Below are positions 1 to 7,563 of a DNA stretch of 24,223 bases, one piece after another. The stretch covers positions 1 through 24,223 of the IMG/VR virus record IMGVR_UViG_3300025647_000268. One strand, given 5' to 3'. Each line of letters opens with the position of its first letter. The stretch's first letter is position 1. Both the position numbers and the translations under genes were made by a program. The notes below the pieces were generated by a model. That model did no database searches. It was not told the DNA's origin and worked only from the letters and a program-made list of their open reading frames with translations. The stretch is from a virus (taxonomy: Duplodnaviria > Caudoviricetes).

Positions 1-253
1 TTTGAGACTCCTTCAGTTTTTTGATTTCTTCATCAATAGCCAAGCGCTTTGCTTTTGCTTCAGCTTTGATTGCTGCATCTTGCTTATTAAGTGCATCAAT
101 ACGAACTTGAGCTTCGTCAACCACTGGGACTGTAACTTCAACCTCTTCAGTGCCTAATAAAACCCAACCGTATTGCGACATATCAGACAGGCCAGGGTAT
201 ACGGTCCCGTCTTGTGAGCGATTCATGTAAATAACAACCTTTAATTTTTCCAT
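1..253 (-). CDS. Hypothetical phage early protein, runs off the left edge (MEKLKVVIYMNRSQDG...EEIKKLKESQ), C-terminal coiled coil
   Basis: Not in the ORF track; read manually. ATG at 253, 1 nt after the stop of the upstream gene, GAAGG upstream, open to position 1. Confidence 0.75.
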   Translation of the reverse strand, partial: MEKLKVVIYMNRSQDGTVYPGLSDMSQYGWVLLGTEEVEVTVPVVDEAQVRIDALNKQDAAIKAEAKAKRLAIDEEIKKLKESQ

Positions 254-254
254 T

Positions 255-446
255 TTACTTACCTTCTACTTTGATTGAGTTATCACAAGAGACATTCTTT
301 TTGAACTCTGGCCATAAATCCATTTCAACCATTTTGCAGTAGTGGGCCTGCTCGTTTACTTCGTCCTGGTAATCCATTTGACTAGCAAAACTAAAAAAAC
401 CTATCACCGCCAATATCGTTAAAGCTGTTTTTAATGACTTGTTCAT
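255..446 (-). CDS. Small phage protein (63 aa) with N-terminal signal/TM segment and two Cys
   Basis: Start reassigned to ATG 446, which is preceded by a strong AAGGAGG RBS; MNKSLKTALTILAVIGFFSFA hydrophobic leader. Confidence 0.75.
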   Translation of the reverse strand: MNKSLKTALTILAVIGFFSFASQMDYQDEVNEQAHYCKMVEMDLWPEFKKNVSCDNSIKVEGK

Positions 447-470
447 TTGCGCCTCCTTGTTGATGATTGA

Positions 471-499
471 ACTATAAATTAGCAGCAAAATAAAATCAA
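471..499 (-). promoter_or_regulatory. Leftward sigma70-like promoter (PL-like)
   Basis: Minus strand TTGATT (499-494), 17-nt spacer, TATAGT (476-471), upstream of the RBS of the 446 gene. Confidence 0.65.
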
Positions 500-535
500 C
501 ATAATTAATTAAAATAAATTAAATTACCTTAACTA

Positions 536-564
536 TTGACTAATTTTAATTTAATGGCCAAAAT
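536..564 (+). promoter_or_regulatory. Rightward sigma70-like promoter (PR-like)
   Basis: TTGACT (536-541), 17-nt spacer, CAAAAT (559-564); AT-rich upstream; lies before the Cro-like gene. Confidence 0.55.
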
Positions 565-596
565 CTACCAATCTTCAACAATAAAGGCGCTTAACA

Positions 597-797
597 ATGA
601 GCACAAGCAAATCAATTCGTATCGCAATGGTACACAAAGGCATTAACCAGAAAGAGCTAGCTGAGCTTTCTCAGGTTAGTGAAACAACTATTTCACACAC
701 GCTGAGTGGCAAAACCAGCCCTAACACCAAAACGCTATCGCGTTTAGCTAAGGCTATGGATATGAGCTATTCGGAATTAATTAAATTAGGTGAGTAG
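597..797 (+). CDS. XRE/Cro-like HTH transcriptional regulator
   Basis: 66 aa; INQKELAELSQVSETTISHTLSGKTSP is an HTH_3 signature; first gene of the rightward early operon. Confidence 0.9.
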   Translation: MSTSKSIRIAMVHKGINQKELAELSQVSETTISHTLSGKTSPNTKTLSRLAKAMDMSYSELIKLGE

Positions 798-798
798 T

Positions 799-1554
799 AT
801 GAGTGAGAATAAAAAATCATTCATCCTATACAAAGATAGCCTAACTGTTCTGTCCGAACTATCTGACGAGCAAGCAGGTAAGTTGTTTAAGGCCATTGCT
901 GCTTATCATAATGGCGAAGAAGTGGTTTTGGATGGATTGCTTAGAATTGCTTTTCATCCTTTTAAGGCTCAATTTGAAAGGAATTTAGAAACATATCTTA
1001 GCATTGTCGAGCGCAACAAACGCAATGGCGCTAAGGGCGGTAGACCTAAAAACCAAGATAAATCAAACAAACCCAAACAAACCCAAACAAACCCAGTGGG
1101 TTATTTGGAAACCCAAACAAACCCAGTTAAACCCAGAAAACCCGATAGTGATAGTGATAGTGATAGTGATAGTGATAGTGATAGTGATATTAAAAAGATT
1201 AAGCCAGCTAAAGCAGGCAATGACGTTCTTGAAATCTTTAATTACTGGAAGGATGTCATGAAAAAAGGAGGCACCACCAGGCTAAACAAAAAGCGTGAAA
1301 AGCTTATCGCTGATCGTTTAAAGGAAGGCTACCAGGTAGACGAGTTTAAGACCGCTATATTTAATTGCTCTATGTCGGCTTTCCATATGGGGCAAAACGA
1401 CAATCAAACCAAGTACAACGATATTGAGTTGATATGTCGCCCTGACAAGTTTGAACAGTTTAGGGATAACGTAGGTCAGCAAGCTAAGCCTAGGCAAATG
1501 AGCATAGCAACTGAAAGATCTTTTAATAACATTATTGATGTGGAGCTAGATTGA
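799..1554 (+). CDS. Phage replication initiation protein (lambda O analogue; DUF6291-like N-terminus, conserved phage C-terminal domain)
   Basis: KKSFILY..LSDEQAGKLFKAI N-terminus, NG.KGGRP motif, low-complexity linker with DNA repeats, R.KEGY..DEFK.AI C-terminus; position after cro; ATG 799 preferred over GTG 790. Confidence 0.85.
   Translation: MSENKKSFILYKDSLTVLSELSDEQAGKLFKAIAAYHNGEEVVLDGLLRIAFHPFKAQFERNLETYLSIVERNKRNGAKGGRPKNQDKSNKPKQTQTNPVGYLETQTNPVKPRKPDSDSDSDSDSDSDSDIKKIKPAKAGNDVLEIFNYWKDVMKKGGTTRLNKKREKLIADRLKEGYQVDEFKTAIFNCSMSAFHMGQNDNQTKYNDIELICRPDKFEQFRDNVGQQAKPRQMSIATERSFNNIIDVELD
1064..1143. repeat. Iteron-like repeats, putative replication origin within the initiator gene
   Basis: CAAACAAACC x3 tandem (1064-1093); 19-bp direct repeat AAACCCAAACAAACCCAGT at 1079-1097 and 1109-1127; AAACCC at 1069, 1079, 1089, 1109, 1119, 1129, 1138. 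Confidence 0.75.
1144..1189. repeat. Hexanucleotide microsatellite (GATAGT)7 encoding an Asp-Ser linker
   Basis: Seven perfect copies plus GATA, read directly. Confidence 0.97.
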
Positions 1555-1555
1555 T

Positions 1556-1807
1556 ATGAAAAAGCACGAGGAACTTGGTCAAGAACCATCGTCACCAACG
1601 CCATTTTATAACGGTGACGAGCTGTATTGTGACAATAATGGTTTTACAAAGAGAGAGGCTATTGCAATGCGACTAATGGCGGCAGAGCTTCAGGCTAGGC
1701 AGGGTTGGATTGATGGTGGGCACGTTGAAACTTACTCGCTTGAAGAATGCGCCAAAACAGCTGTTATGGCAGCCGATGCACTGCTAAAGGAGCTTGCCAA
1801 TGAATAG
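1556..1807 (+). CDS. Conserved small phage hypothetical protein (G.TKRE..A...A..AV..ADALL type)
   Basis: 83 aa, GGAG RBS, tightly packed between neighbours; motif recalled from many phage hypotheticals. Confidence 0.75.
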   Translation: MKKHEELGQEPSSPTPFYNGDELYCDNNGFTKREAIAMRLMAAELQARQGWIDGGHVETYSLEECAKTAVMAADALLKELANE

Positions 1808-2378
1808 CCAAGAGCAGAATAAATTCAAAGAGCTGATCTCAGTTATATCTGAAACCTATGGCGAAGAGTTTACCCAGGCAAAACTAAAACTTTGGTGGAA
1901 CCTTTTTAAGCCTTATTCAATTGTAACTTTTGAGCAGGCGCTATATTCGCATATAGCTTGCCCCGACACCGGTATGTTTGCGCCAAAACCGGCAAACATA
2001 ACAAAGTTTATTAACGGGACCACTAAGCAAGCCGAAAGACTTATCGAAGATCGTGCGGAAATGGCATGGCAAGTCATTGAAGGCGAGATTTCAAGGGTAG
2101 GATCATACGGCACATTAAAAATGGAGGATAAGCAAGCTTTAGCCGCTGTACAGGCTATTGGAGGTTGGCAAAAGCTATGCGCTACACAAACAGATAAAAT
2201 GGCGTGGACACATAAAGAGTTTGTTGCCGCTTATCAAAACTTTGAACGAACTCCGATTGAGGCGCTACCAAATAAATTACCTGGTCGTGTTCATTTGGTA
2301 AACCACAAAAAACAGCAGCCAGAAAGCGCCTTTATTAAAGGGCTTCAAGACTTTAGAAATAGAATAGGCAAGGAGTAA
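1800..2378 (+). CDS. Putative helicase loader/inhibitor (lambda P position; DUF6475-like)
   Basis: W..LF......F..AL..H.......FAPKPA, A..AW and AV.AIGGW..LC motifs; AAGGAG RBS before ATG 1800; follows the initiator. Confidence 0.7.
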   Translation: MNSQEQNKFKELISVISETYGEEFTQAKLKLWWNLFKPYSIVTFEQALYSHIACPDTGMFAPKPANITKFINGTTKQAERLIEDRAEMAWQVIEGEISRVGSYGTLKMEDKQALAAVQAIGGWQKLCATQTDKMAWTHKEFVAAYQNFERTPIEALPNKLPGRVHLVNHKKQQPESAFIKGLQDFRNRIGKE

Positions 2379-2382
2379 ATAA

Positions 2383-2763
2383 ATGAAACAATCTAAGCTG
2401 GAGAACTTGGTCGCAGCTCATGCTTATTGGGCCGATAAAAAAGCAGATCTCAAAGCAAAAAGCCTAATTGAATTTCACTTGTGCGAGGGGTTTTACACAG
2501 CTGGTGAAGGAAATAATTTTCACGCCTTTGGTCAGTCCTGTTACACAAGAGCTAGAGAAGATCTTTTAAATTGCATGGAAGAAAGCCACCCGTATAGTTC
2601 ACCTAATTTTACAGATTCGTTTGAATGTATAGACCCATGCAAACACTGTGTTAAACATCGTGACTTAAAGCGGAAAGCCGCAATAGCATCAAGGCGTCTA
2701 GGTCAGATTAGAAGCGCTATAACAAAAATTGGTAGAAAGCTTGAATACACAGAAAAAAGTTAA
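2383..2763 (+). CDS. Hypothetical protein, Cys-rich (C...C..C..H), basic C-terminus
   Basis: 126 aa with AAGGAG RBS. Confidence 0.75.
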   Translation: MKQSKLENLVAAHAYWADKKADLKAKSLIEFHLCEGFYTAGEGNNFHAFGQSCYTRAREDLLNCMEESHPYSSPNFTDSFECIDPCKHCVKHRDLKRKAAIASRRLGQIRSAITKIGRKLEYTEKS

Positions 2764-2779
2764 CTTTAGAGGATTAACC

Positions 2780-3352
2780 ATGTCAGTAGATAACAGTAAT
2801 TCAACAACACCAGAAAGCGAAAAGGATTTAGCGCAAACTCCGTGGTGGCTAATTAATTCGGTTGAAAGCTTTATAGGCGGTAAGTTTGATATAGATGTTT
2901 GCTGTTTATATGAAACAAAGAAAGCGCCTTACTATATTTCATTGGTTGATGGTGACGATGCCATGCTTAAAGATTGGCGCGGCCATGACAGCGAAGGCTT
3001 TGATCTTGAACGTTCACTTGCCTGGTGCAACCCACCGTTTAGTAGTGTTATGCCTTTTATCGAAAGGGCAGTTGAGCAAGCTGAATTATTTAGCACTACA
3101 ACGGTAATGATTATACCAAACAATTCTGAAGTGACTTATCGCCGCAAGTTAAAGGAAGTTTGCGACACGTTTATCGAAATGCCTTTTAGACTCCAATTTT
3201 TGCGCCCGGACGGTACGCCGTTTCTTGATAAAAAAGGAAAACCACAAGGGCCAAAGTTTAGTTGTGCAATTGGTATAATTACACCAATAGGCCTTAAAGT
3301 ACCTTCAAGAGTTATTGAACATGATTTTAGAGTGGGGTTTTATGGAAAATAA
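2780..3352 (+). CDS. dam: Phage DNA N6-adenine methyltransferase (Dam, PF05869-like)
   Basis: QTP.WL, F.IDVC and AWCNPPFS catalytic motif, RL.F; GAGGA RBS before ATG 2780; nin-region position. Confidence 0.88.
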   Translation: MSVDNSNSTTPESEKDLAQTPWWLINSVESFIGGKFDIDVCCLYETKKAPYYISLVDGDDAMLKDWRGHDSEGFDLERSLAWCNPPFSSVMPFIERAVEQAELFSTTTVMIIPNNSEVTYRRKLKEVCDTFIEMPFRLQFLRPDGTPFLDKKGKPQGPKFSCAIGIITPIGLKVPSRVIEHDFRVGFYGK

Positions 3353-3533
3353 CAACGTTACACCGTGGTCATTGCCACACCCACACGCTACACACATTTT
3401 GTATCGTGATGGTGTTTATCGGTACGCTCACTTCGATGGTTTTATGTATTGCAGTGTTAATAATATATTTAATGAGCGTGGTTTGTATTTTGTTATTGGT
3501 GGGCATGGATGGTCGGTTTTCATGGCGCTATAA
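3342..3533 (+). CDS. Small hypothetical protein (63 aa, aromatic-rich)
   Basis: ATG 3342 overlaps the end of the MTase gene; GGGG RBS-like run; fills the gap before the hairpins. Confidence 0.5.
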   Translation: MENNNVTPWSLPHPHATHILYRDGVYRYAHFDGFMYCSVNNIFNERGLYFVIGGHGWSVFMAL

Positions 3534-3561
3534 AAAAAGCCCTAACGTATTAGGTTAGGGC
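3532..3561 (-). terminator. Intrinsic terminator oriented on the minus strand
   Basis: GCCCTAAC (3539-3546) pairs with GTTAGGGC (3554-3561); A7 at 3532-3538 gives a U7 tail on the minus strand. Confidence 0.7.
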
Positions 3562-3565
3562 AAAG

Positions 3566-3596
3566 GCTCAAGTCACATCAAAGTAGAGACTTGAGC
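3566..3596. other. Second perfect stem-loop adjacent to the terminator
   Basis: GCTCAAGTC (3566-3574) pairs with GACTTGAGC (3588-3596), 13-nt loop. Confidence 0.75.
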
Positions 3597-3625
3597 ATAA
3601 CACAATATTCATAAAGGTAAATAGC

Positions 3626-4063
3626 ATGAAAATTGAAATGATCAAAGAGGCTGGTGGCGTGTTTAGGCCGGCAAGCGATATTGAATTTGATAAAACAACC
3701 AAATTTAAAACAGGCGAGCAATACCAGGTTGAAATTAAACTAACTCGAAACCCAAAGTTTCACCGCAAGGTTTTTGCATTTTTTAATTTCTGCTTTGAGT
3801 ATTGGGCCGGTATTAATCAGTATCAAAGTGAATCAAAACAATTTGATGTTTTCCGCAATCACTTAACTGTGCTGGCTGGCTTCTATGATCAATTCGTATC
3901 AATACATGGTGATTTGCGTGTTGAGGCTAAATCACTTTCGTTTTCTGCAATGTCACAAGAAGAATTTGAAGAGTGCTACTTAGCGTTGACCAGGGCCGCA
4001 ATGAAGCACGTTTTTAAAACTGCGGATGAAAACACATATAATCAACTATTGAGTTTTTTCTAA
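3626..4063 (+). CDS. DUF1367 / NinB-like phage protein
   Basis: K.GE......K..RN..FHRK.FA, FR..LT..AG.Y, KS.SF..M...EF...Y; immediately upstream of ninG. Confidence 0.85.
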   Translation: MKIEMIKEAGGVFRPASDIEFDKTTKFKTGEQYQVEIKLTRNPKFHRKVFAFFNFCFEYWAGINQYQSESKQFDVFRNHLTVLAGFYDQFVSIHGDLRVEAKSLSFSAMSQEEFEECYLALTRAAMKHVFKTADENTYNQLLSFF

Positions 4064-4665
4064 TGGCTAATTCAAAAAGAAAATGTAAATGGTGCGGAAT
4101 ATATCACTTAACTGATTCAGGCGTTAAAGTCCCTGCCGGTTCGTTTTGCTCAATAGATCACGCTGTAGAGTATGCTAGCGATAAACGTGCAAAGGATAGC
4201 GCCAAAATAAAAGCTAAAACCAAGCAAGTGGTAGCACAAAAAGAAAAAGCCGCTAGAAGCGCATTAAGGAAGCGCAAAGAAGCCGTTAAACCAAAAAGCA
4301 AATGGCTGTCAGAATTACAGGCTTTAGTTAATCAATATGTAAGGCTGCGTGATGCCAGTGAAGGCTGTATAAGCTGTGACAAGCCTTTTAATTGGGGCGG
4401 TCAATATCATGCCGGGCATTACTTCAGTCGTGGCCATAGTTCGGCATTGCGATTTAATTTGAGCAACTTGCACAAGCAATGCTCTGTTTGTAATAACCAC
4501 TTGTCAGGCAACATAGGCGAATACACGCCCAGGTTAATTGAAAAAATTGGCATAGATAAATTCGAGTGGCTTTGTGATCACAAGTCGGACGTTAAAACGT
4601 TTGATGTAGAATGGATTAAGCGAGCCATAAAAATAACCCGTAAAGCAATTAAGCGAATTAAATAA
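4063..4665 (+). CDS. ninG: NinG/Rap-family recombination endonuclease
   Basis: RKC..C, FCS..HA, N.YVRLRD...CISC, HAGHY.SRG, LRF...N.H.QC..CN..LSGN...Y...LI.KIG; TAATG coupling to the upstream gene. Confidence 0.93.
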   Translation: MANSKRKCKWCGIYHLTDSGVKVPAGSFCSIDHAVEYASDKRAKDSAKIKAKTKQVVAQKEKAARSALRKRKEAVKPKSKWLSELQALVNQYVRLRDASEGCISCDKPFNWGGQYHAGHYFSRGHSSALRFNLSNLHKQCSVCNNHLSGNIGEYTPRLIEKIGIDKFEWLCDHKSDVKTFDVEWIKRAIKITRKAIKRIK

Positions 4666-4690
4666 AATTCAAACTGAATAGGTGATCACA

Positions 4691-5062
4691 ATGAGCAAGA
4701 TTTTATTAGCGTTAACATTAATCGTTTTAACTTCTTGCTCTGTTAATAACAATTGGCCACAAACCAGGCTAGAACAATTGCAATACTTGCACACTGTTTC
4801 TTTGTCGCATCACGTTTATATTACCGATATGGACCAATACGGAGTAGAAGATAAGTGGGTAACATCACTCATTGGCGATTGCGAGGACTATGCCTTATAC
4901 ATTCAACGCGTATTAGGTAAAGGGGAAAAGCTAGTAGTAAAAACCATAGAAGGCGAGGCTCATATGGTTTTACTAGTTGACGGTTACGTTATAGATAATA
5001 CAAGTAAATCCGTTTACTTGTACCAAGATATGAAGCATTTTTTTGTTATGAACTTACGCTAG
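4691..5062 (+). CDS. Lipoprotein with transglutaminase-like cysteine protease core (BTLCP / LapG-like, peptidase C93)
   Basis: Signal peptide with lipobox LTS-C16; D...YG.ED.W, GDCEDYAL, EAHMVL and VIDN supply a Cys-His-Asp triad. Confidence 0.8.
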   Translation: MSKILLALTLIVLTSCSVNNNWPQTRLEQLQYLHTVSLSHHVYITDMDQYGVEDKWVTSLIGDCEDYALYIQRVLGKGEKLVVKTIEGEAHMVLLVDGYVIDNTSKSVYLYQDMKHFFVMNLR

Positions 5063-7561
5063 CTACCCTAGGCTTTTTGAAGTCATAACTTTTATCGAGA
5101 CATTTTTGTCAACATTTAACAAGGAACCGCCAGAATCATAAAGCCTCACGCTAACCTTTGACGATAGCACGTTTGAAGCAATGATAACCGGAGTTGTAGA
5201 GCTATCCTTTACGGCAACAAATGCCATGTCTGCACTAGCTGATAAAGTATGAGTGTATTCGGCAAAGCCATTTGTAACCAAAAGGTTAGCGTACTCTTCA
5301 GTTTTATACCCTCTATTGTTACGATACCATCGTTCGCTACCTGACAACAAAAAGCCCCTGCTTCCTATGCAGTTGTTGTTTTCAATCTGCCCAACGAAAG
5401 TTCCTCCTGAGTTAACCCACTCTGATAAGCTGTTTAATCTGTTTGATTGTATGTCGCCGTAACCGCCTGCGTAAGTTTTATTAATGCAGTGCCTAGACGC
5501 CACCGTTGTTGACTCGTCATCAAACACAACGTCTTTAACTTCAAAGCTTGTTATTGAATCTAAGCTGTCTCTTGTTATGTGTATTGCGTCATAATTCCCG
5601 GATGACGACTTTCCATTCCCCAGGCATGTACCACCTATCATCTGAAACATTCTAACTTGGTTTCTAATTAAAACACCATGCTCTTTATTTTCATCAATGT
5701 GACTGCCTAATATTGTTACAACCCCGATTTGTAGCGTAGGAGCTATGCCTAGGCTTCTATCAATTACCACTCCTGTAACATTCCCGTCTGCCCTACACGC
5801 CAACGTAAACCGCTTACTTCCTCCGGTAACAACAAACCCAAATCCGCCAGTGGTTGCAAAGCCGTTAGAGTTATCATAAATGAATCCGTCTAGGAAAATA
5901 CCAGTTTCTAGCACACTCCAACCGGAAAGCGTTCCTGAAAACTCTTCTACAAATATTCCTACACCGTTGCATTTCTTGACTATGTTGTCAGAGTAAATAG
6001 AAGAGTTTCTTGAACCGTCTACAAGAGGACTGTATAAATCCAACCATACAGCCCCACCTATATTGTTATCGGCTATTGTGGGTCGTCTGCCTTTACATCC
6101 TTTGATTAAATTCTTGCTAATAAGGCTTTCTTCCGAATGGTAAAGGTGCATTGATCTGCACTCGGCATCTAAAAAAGTGTTGCCTACAACGTGTAGAGGG
6201 CTTATCGCCTGCGCAGTCCCAAACGTGGAAAACTGAGTTGCACCGTTCTTAAATGTATTGTATTTGACTACAATCAGATTTGTATCGTCACTATCAGTCC
6301 CATCATCAGGTACAGATAATAACCGCTGAAGTTGATATAAAGCCCCAACCCTTGAAGGGGTTAAGCTTCCTTGAAAAATGTTATTAGTTATAACGACATT
6401 TTTCAAATTACCAGATAAGAAAATTCCATGCTTAGTGGCAGATCCTGAACAGTCAAAATAGCATCCGTCAGCGCTAACCCCTACAAAACCAGAGCCTGTC
6501 GCAGAGCCTCTTATTAATCCGCAATCAAACTCACTTGCATTTAAAGACAAATTACTCATAGATAGCATTGACGTTTCAGCCAATGTAATCATATTGTCAC
6601 CAGCGCCATAAGCCTTGATGCCTGAATTTTCACGATCTAACCCTGTTATTTTTAAATTTTCCCCATCAGATAGCGATAAAATATCTGGTAAAATACTGTA
6701 GAACTCGCCAATTATAGCTATTTCAGCTTTTTTCTTAATAGCTATGTTCTTCATCGCTATAAACGCTTGAGAGTCGTTATTCCCACCACCTTTAAGGCCA
6801 AATCTCGCCGGCATTAGCGTTTTGCCAGCCTGAAGGATAGCAACGCACCCGTTACTCATTAAGTGGTTTCCATAACCATCTATGACATCATCGTCAGATG
6901 CTGCTTGGCTTACAGTTTTTATCAAGTAAGAAGCCCCTCCACCATCACCAGCGACATAATATCCTTTTGTTTTAATCTCTTGCCCTTGCGAATAACCAAA
7001 CGCTTTTAACTCGTTAACGTTGCCAGGATTGCTATCTGGTATGGAATCTTGAGTAACAGAAGATACGCATACGCCAGAAACCCCAGTAGACACAACCGGG
7101 CTGCTTAGCTCTATAGTAGTTTCACCGCCTGCAAATGATGACGTAAGTATATTTGCGTAAGAATAACTTGATGTTCCATTATCAACTCTGACTCTGCCGC
7201 CAGGCTTGTATTTTGCAGAGAAATTACCCGACACAATTATTGACGAAGGGCTGACATAAGATGCTGCCAGACAAACGGACCACTCTCCAAGCTGCTCCCC
7301 TGTTACCGGATCGCTGGTCCAAATCTCAGTATCGTTTTTATCCTTGAGCACCATTTTATATGCGCCGTCAAGATAAACATCAGCGTAACCTTCCCCGTTT
7401 AAAATAATTGGGTTAGTGTTTTCTGTGATCTGATCTTCAGTGTTGTAAGTTGCTTTCGGGTAATTAGTTCGCGCTTGATAAGTGTAAAGCTTGCCAAACG
7501 CCAAAGGCTTACCGTTGCGGTCCCATGCGTAAAACTTAGGGCCAATCATAGCTACTGACAT
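5063..7561 (-). CDS. Tailspike / receptor-binding protein with N-terminal virion-binding domain and beta-helix body
   Basis: GKPLA.GKLYTY.A.T..PK.TY..NTNPI.LN..G N-terminus; TKGYY..GDGGGA.Y motif; FG.KG.G.NDS.AF followed by Asn/Gly-rich beta-helix repeats. Confidence 0.88.
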   Translation of the reverse strand: MSVAMIGPKFYAWDRNGKPLAFGKLYTYQARTNYPKATYNTEDQITENTNPIILNGEGYADVYLDGAYKMVLKDKNDTEIWTSDPVTGEQLGEWSVCLAASYVSPSSIIVSGNFSAKYKPGGRVRVDNGTSSYSYANILTSSFAGGETTIELSSPVVSTGVSGVCVSSVTQDSIPDSNPGNVNELKAFGYSQGQEIKTKGYYVAGDGGGASYLIKTVSQAASDDDVIDGYGNHLMSNGCVAILQAGKTLMPARFGLKGGGNNDSQAFIAMKNIAIKKKAEIAIIGEFYSILPDILSLSDGENLKITGLDRENSGIKAYGAGDNMITLAETSMLSMSNLSLNASEFDCGLIRGSATGSGFVGVSADGCYFDCSGSATKHGIFLSGNLKNVVITNNIFQGSLTPSRVGALYQLQRLLSVPDDGTDSDDTNLIVVKYNTFKNGATQFSTFGTAQAISPLHVVGNTFLDAECRSMHLYHSEESLISKNLIKGCKGRRPTIADNNIGGAVWLDLYSPLVDGSRNSSIYSDNIVKKCNGVGIFVEEFSGTLSGWSVLETGIFLDGFIYDNSNGFATTGGFGFVVTGGSKRFTLACRADGNVTGVVIDRSLGIAPTLQIGVVTILGSHIDENKEHGVLIRNQVRMFQMIGGTCLGNGKSSSGNYDAIHITRDSLDSITSFEVKDVVFDDESTTVASRHCINKTYAGGYGDIQSNRLNSLSEWVNSGGTFVGQIENNNCIGSRGFLLSGSERWYRNNRGYKTEEYANLLVTNGFAEYTHTLSASADMAFVAVKDSSTTPVIIASNVLSSKVSVRLYDSGGSLLNVDKNVSIKVMTSKSLG

Positions 7562-7563
7562 AA

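Noticed and set aside
1064-1189. Repeats as a possible CRISPR array
   Set aside because: Units are 6-19 bp, tandem, lack unique spacers and lie within a coding frame; no cas genes
1004-1261. 85-aa ORF with an IVIVIV hydrophobic run resembling a membrane protein
   Set aside because: Alternate-frame reading of the GATAGT microsatellite inside the initiator gene; TTG start with no clear RBS
1913-3123. Short overlapping ORFs 1913-2113(-), 2895-3107(+), 2932-3123(-)
   Set aside because: Shadows of well-supported genes with no motifs
4040-4063. C-terminal QLLSFF of the DUF1367 protein as a clamp-binding motif
   Set aside because: Imperfect match that is more simply the family's terminal helix; no independent support
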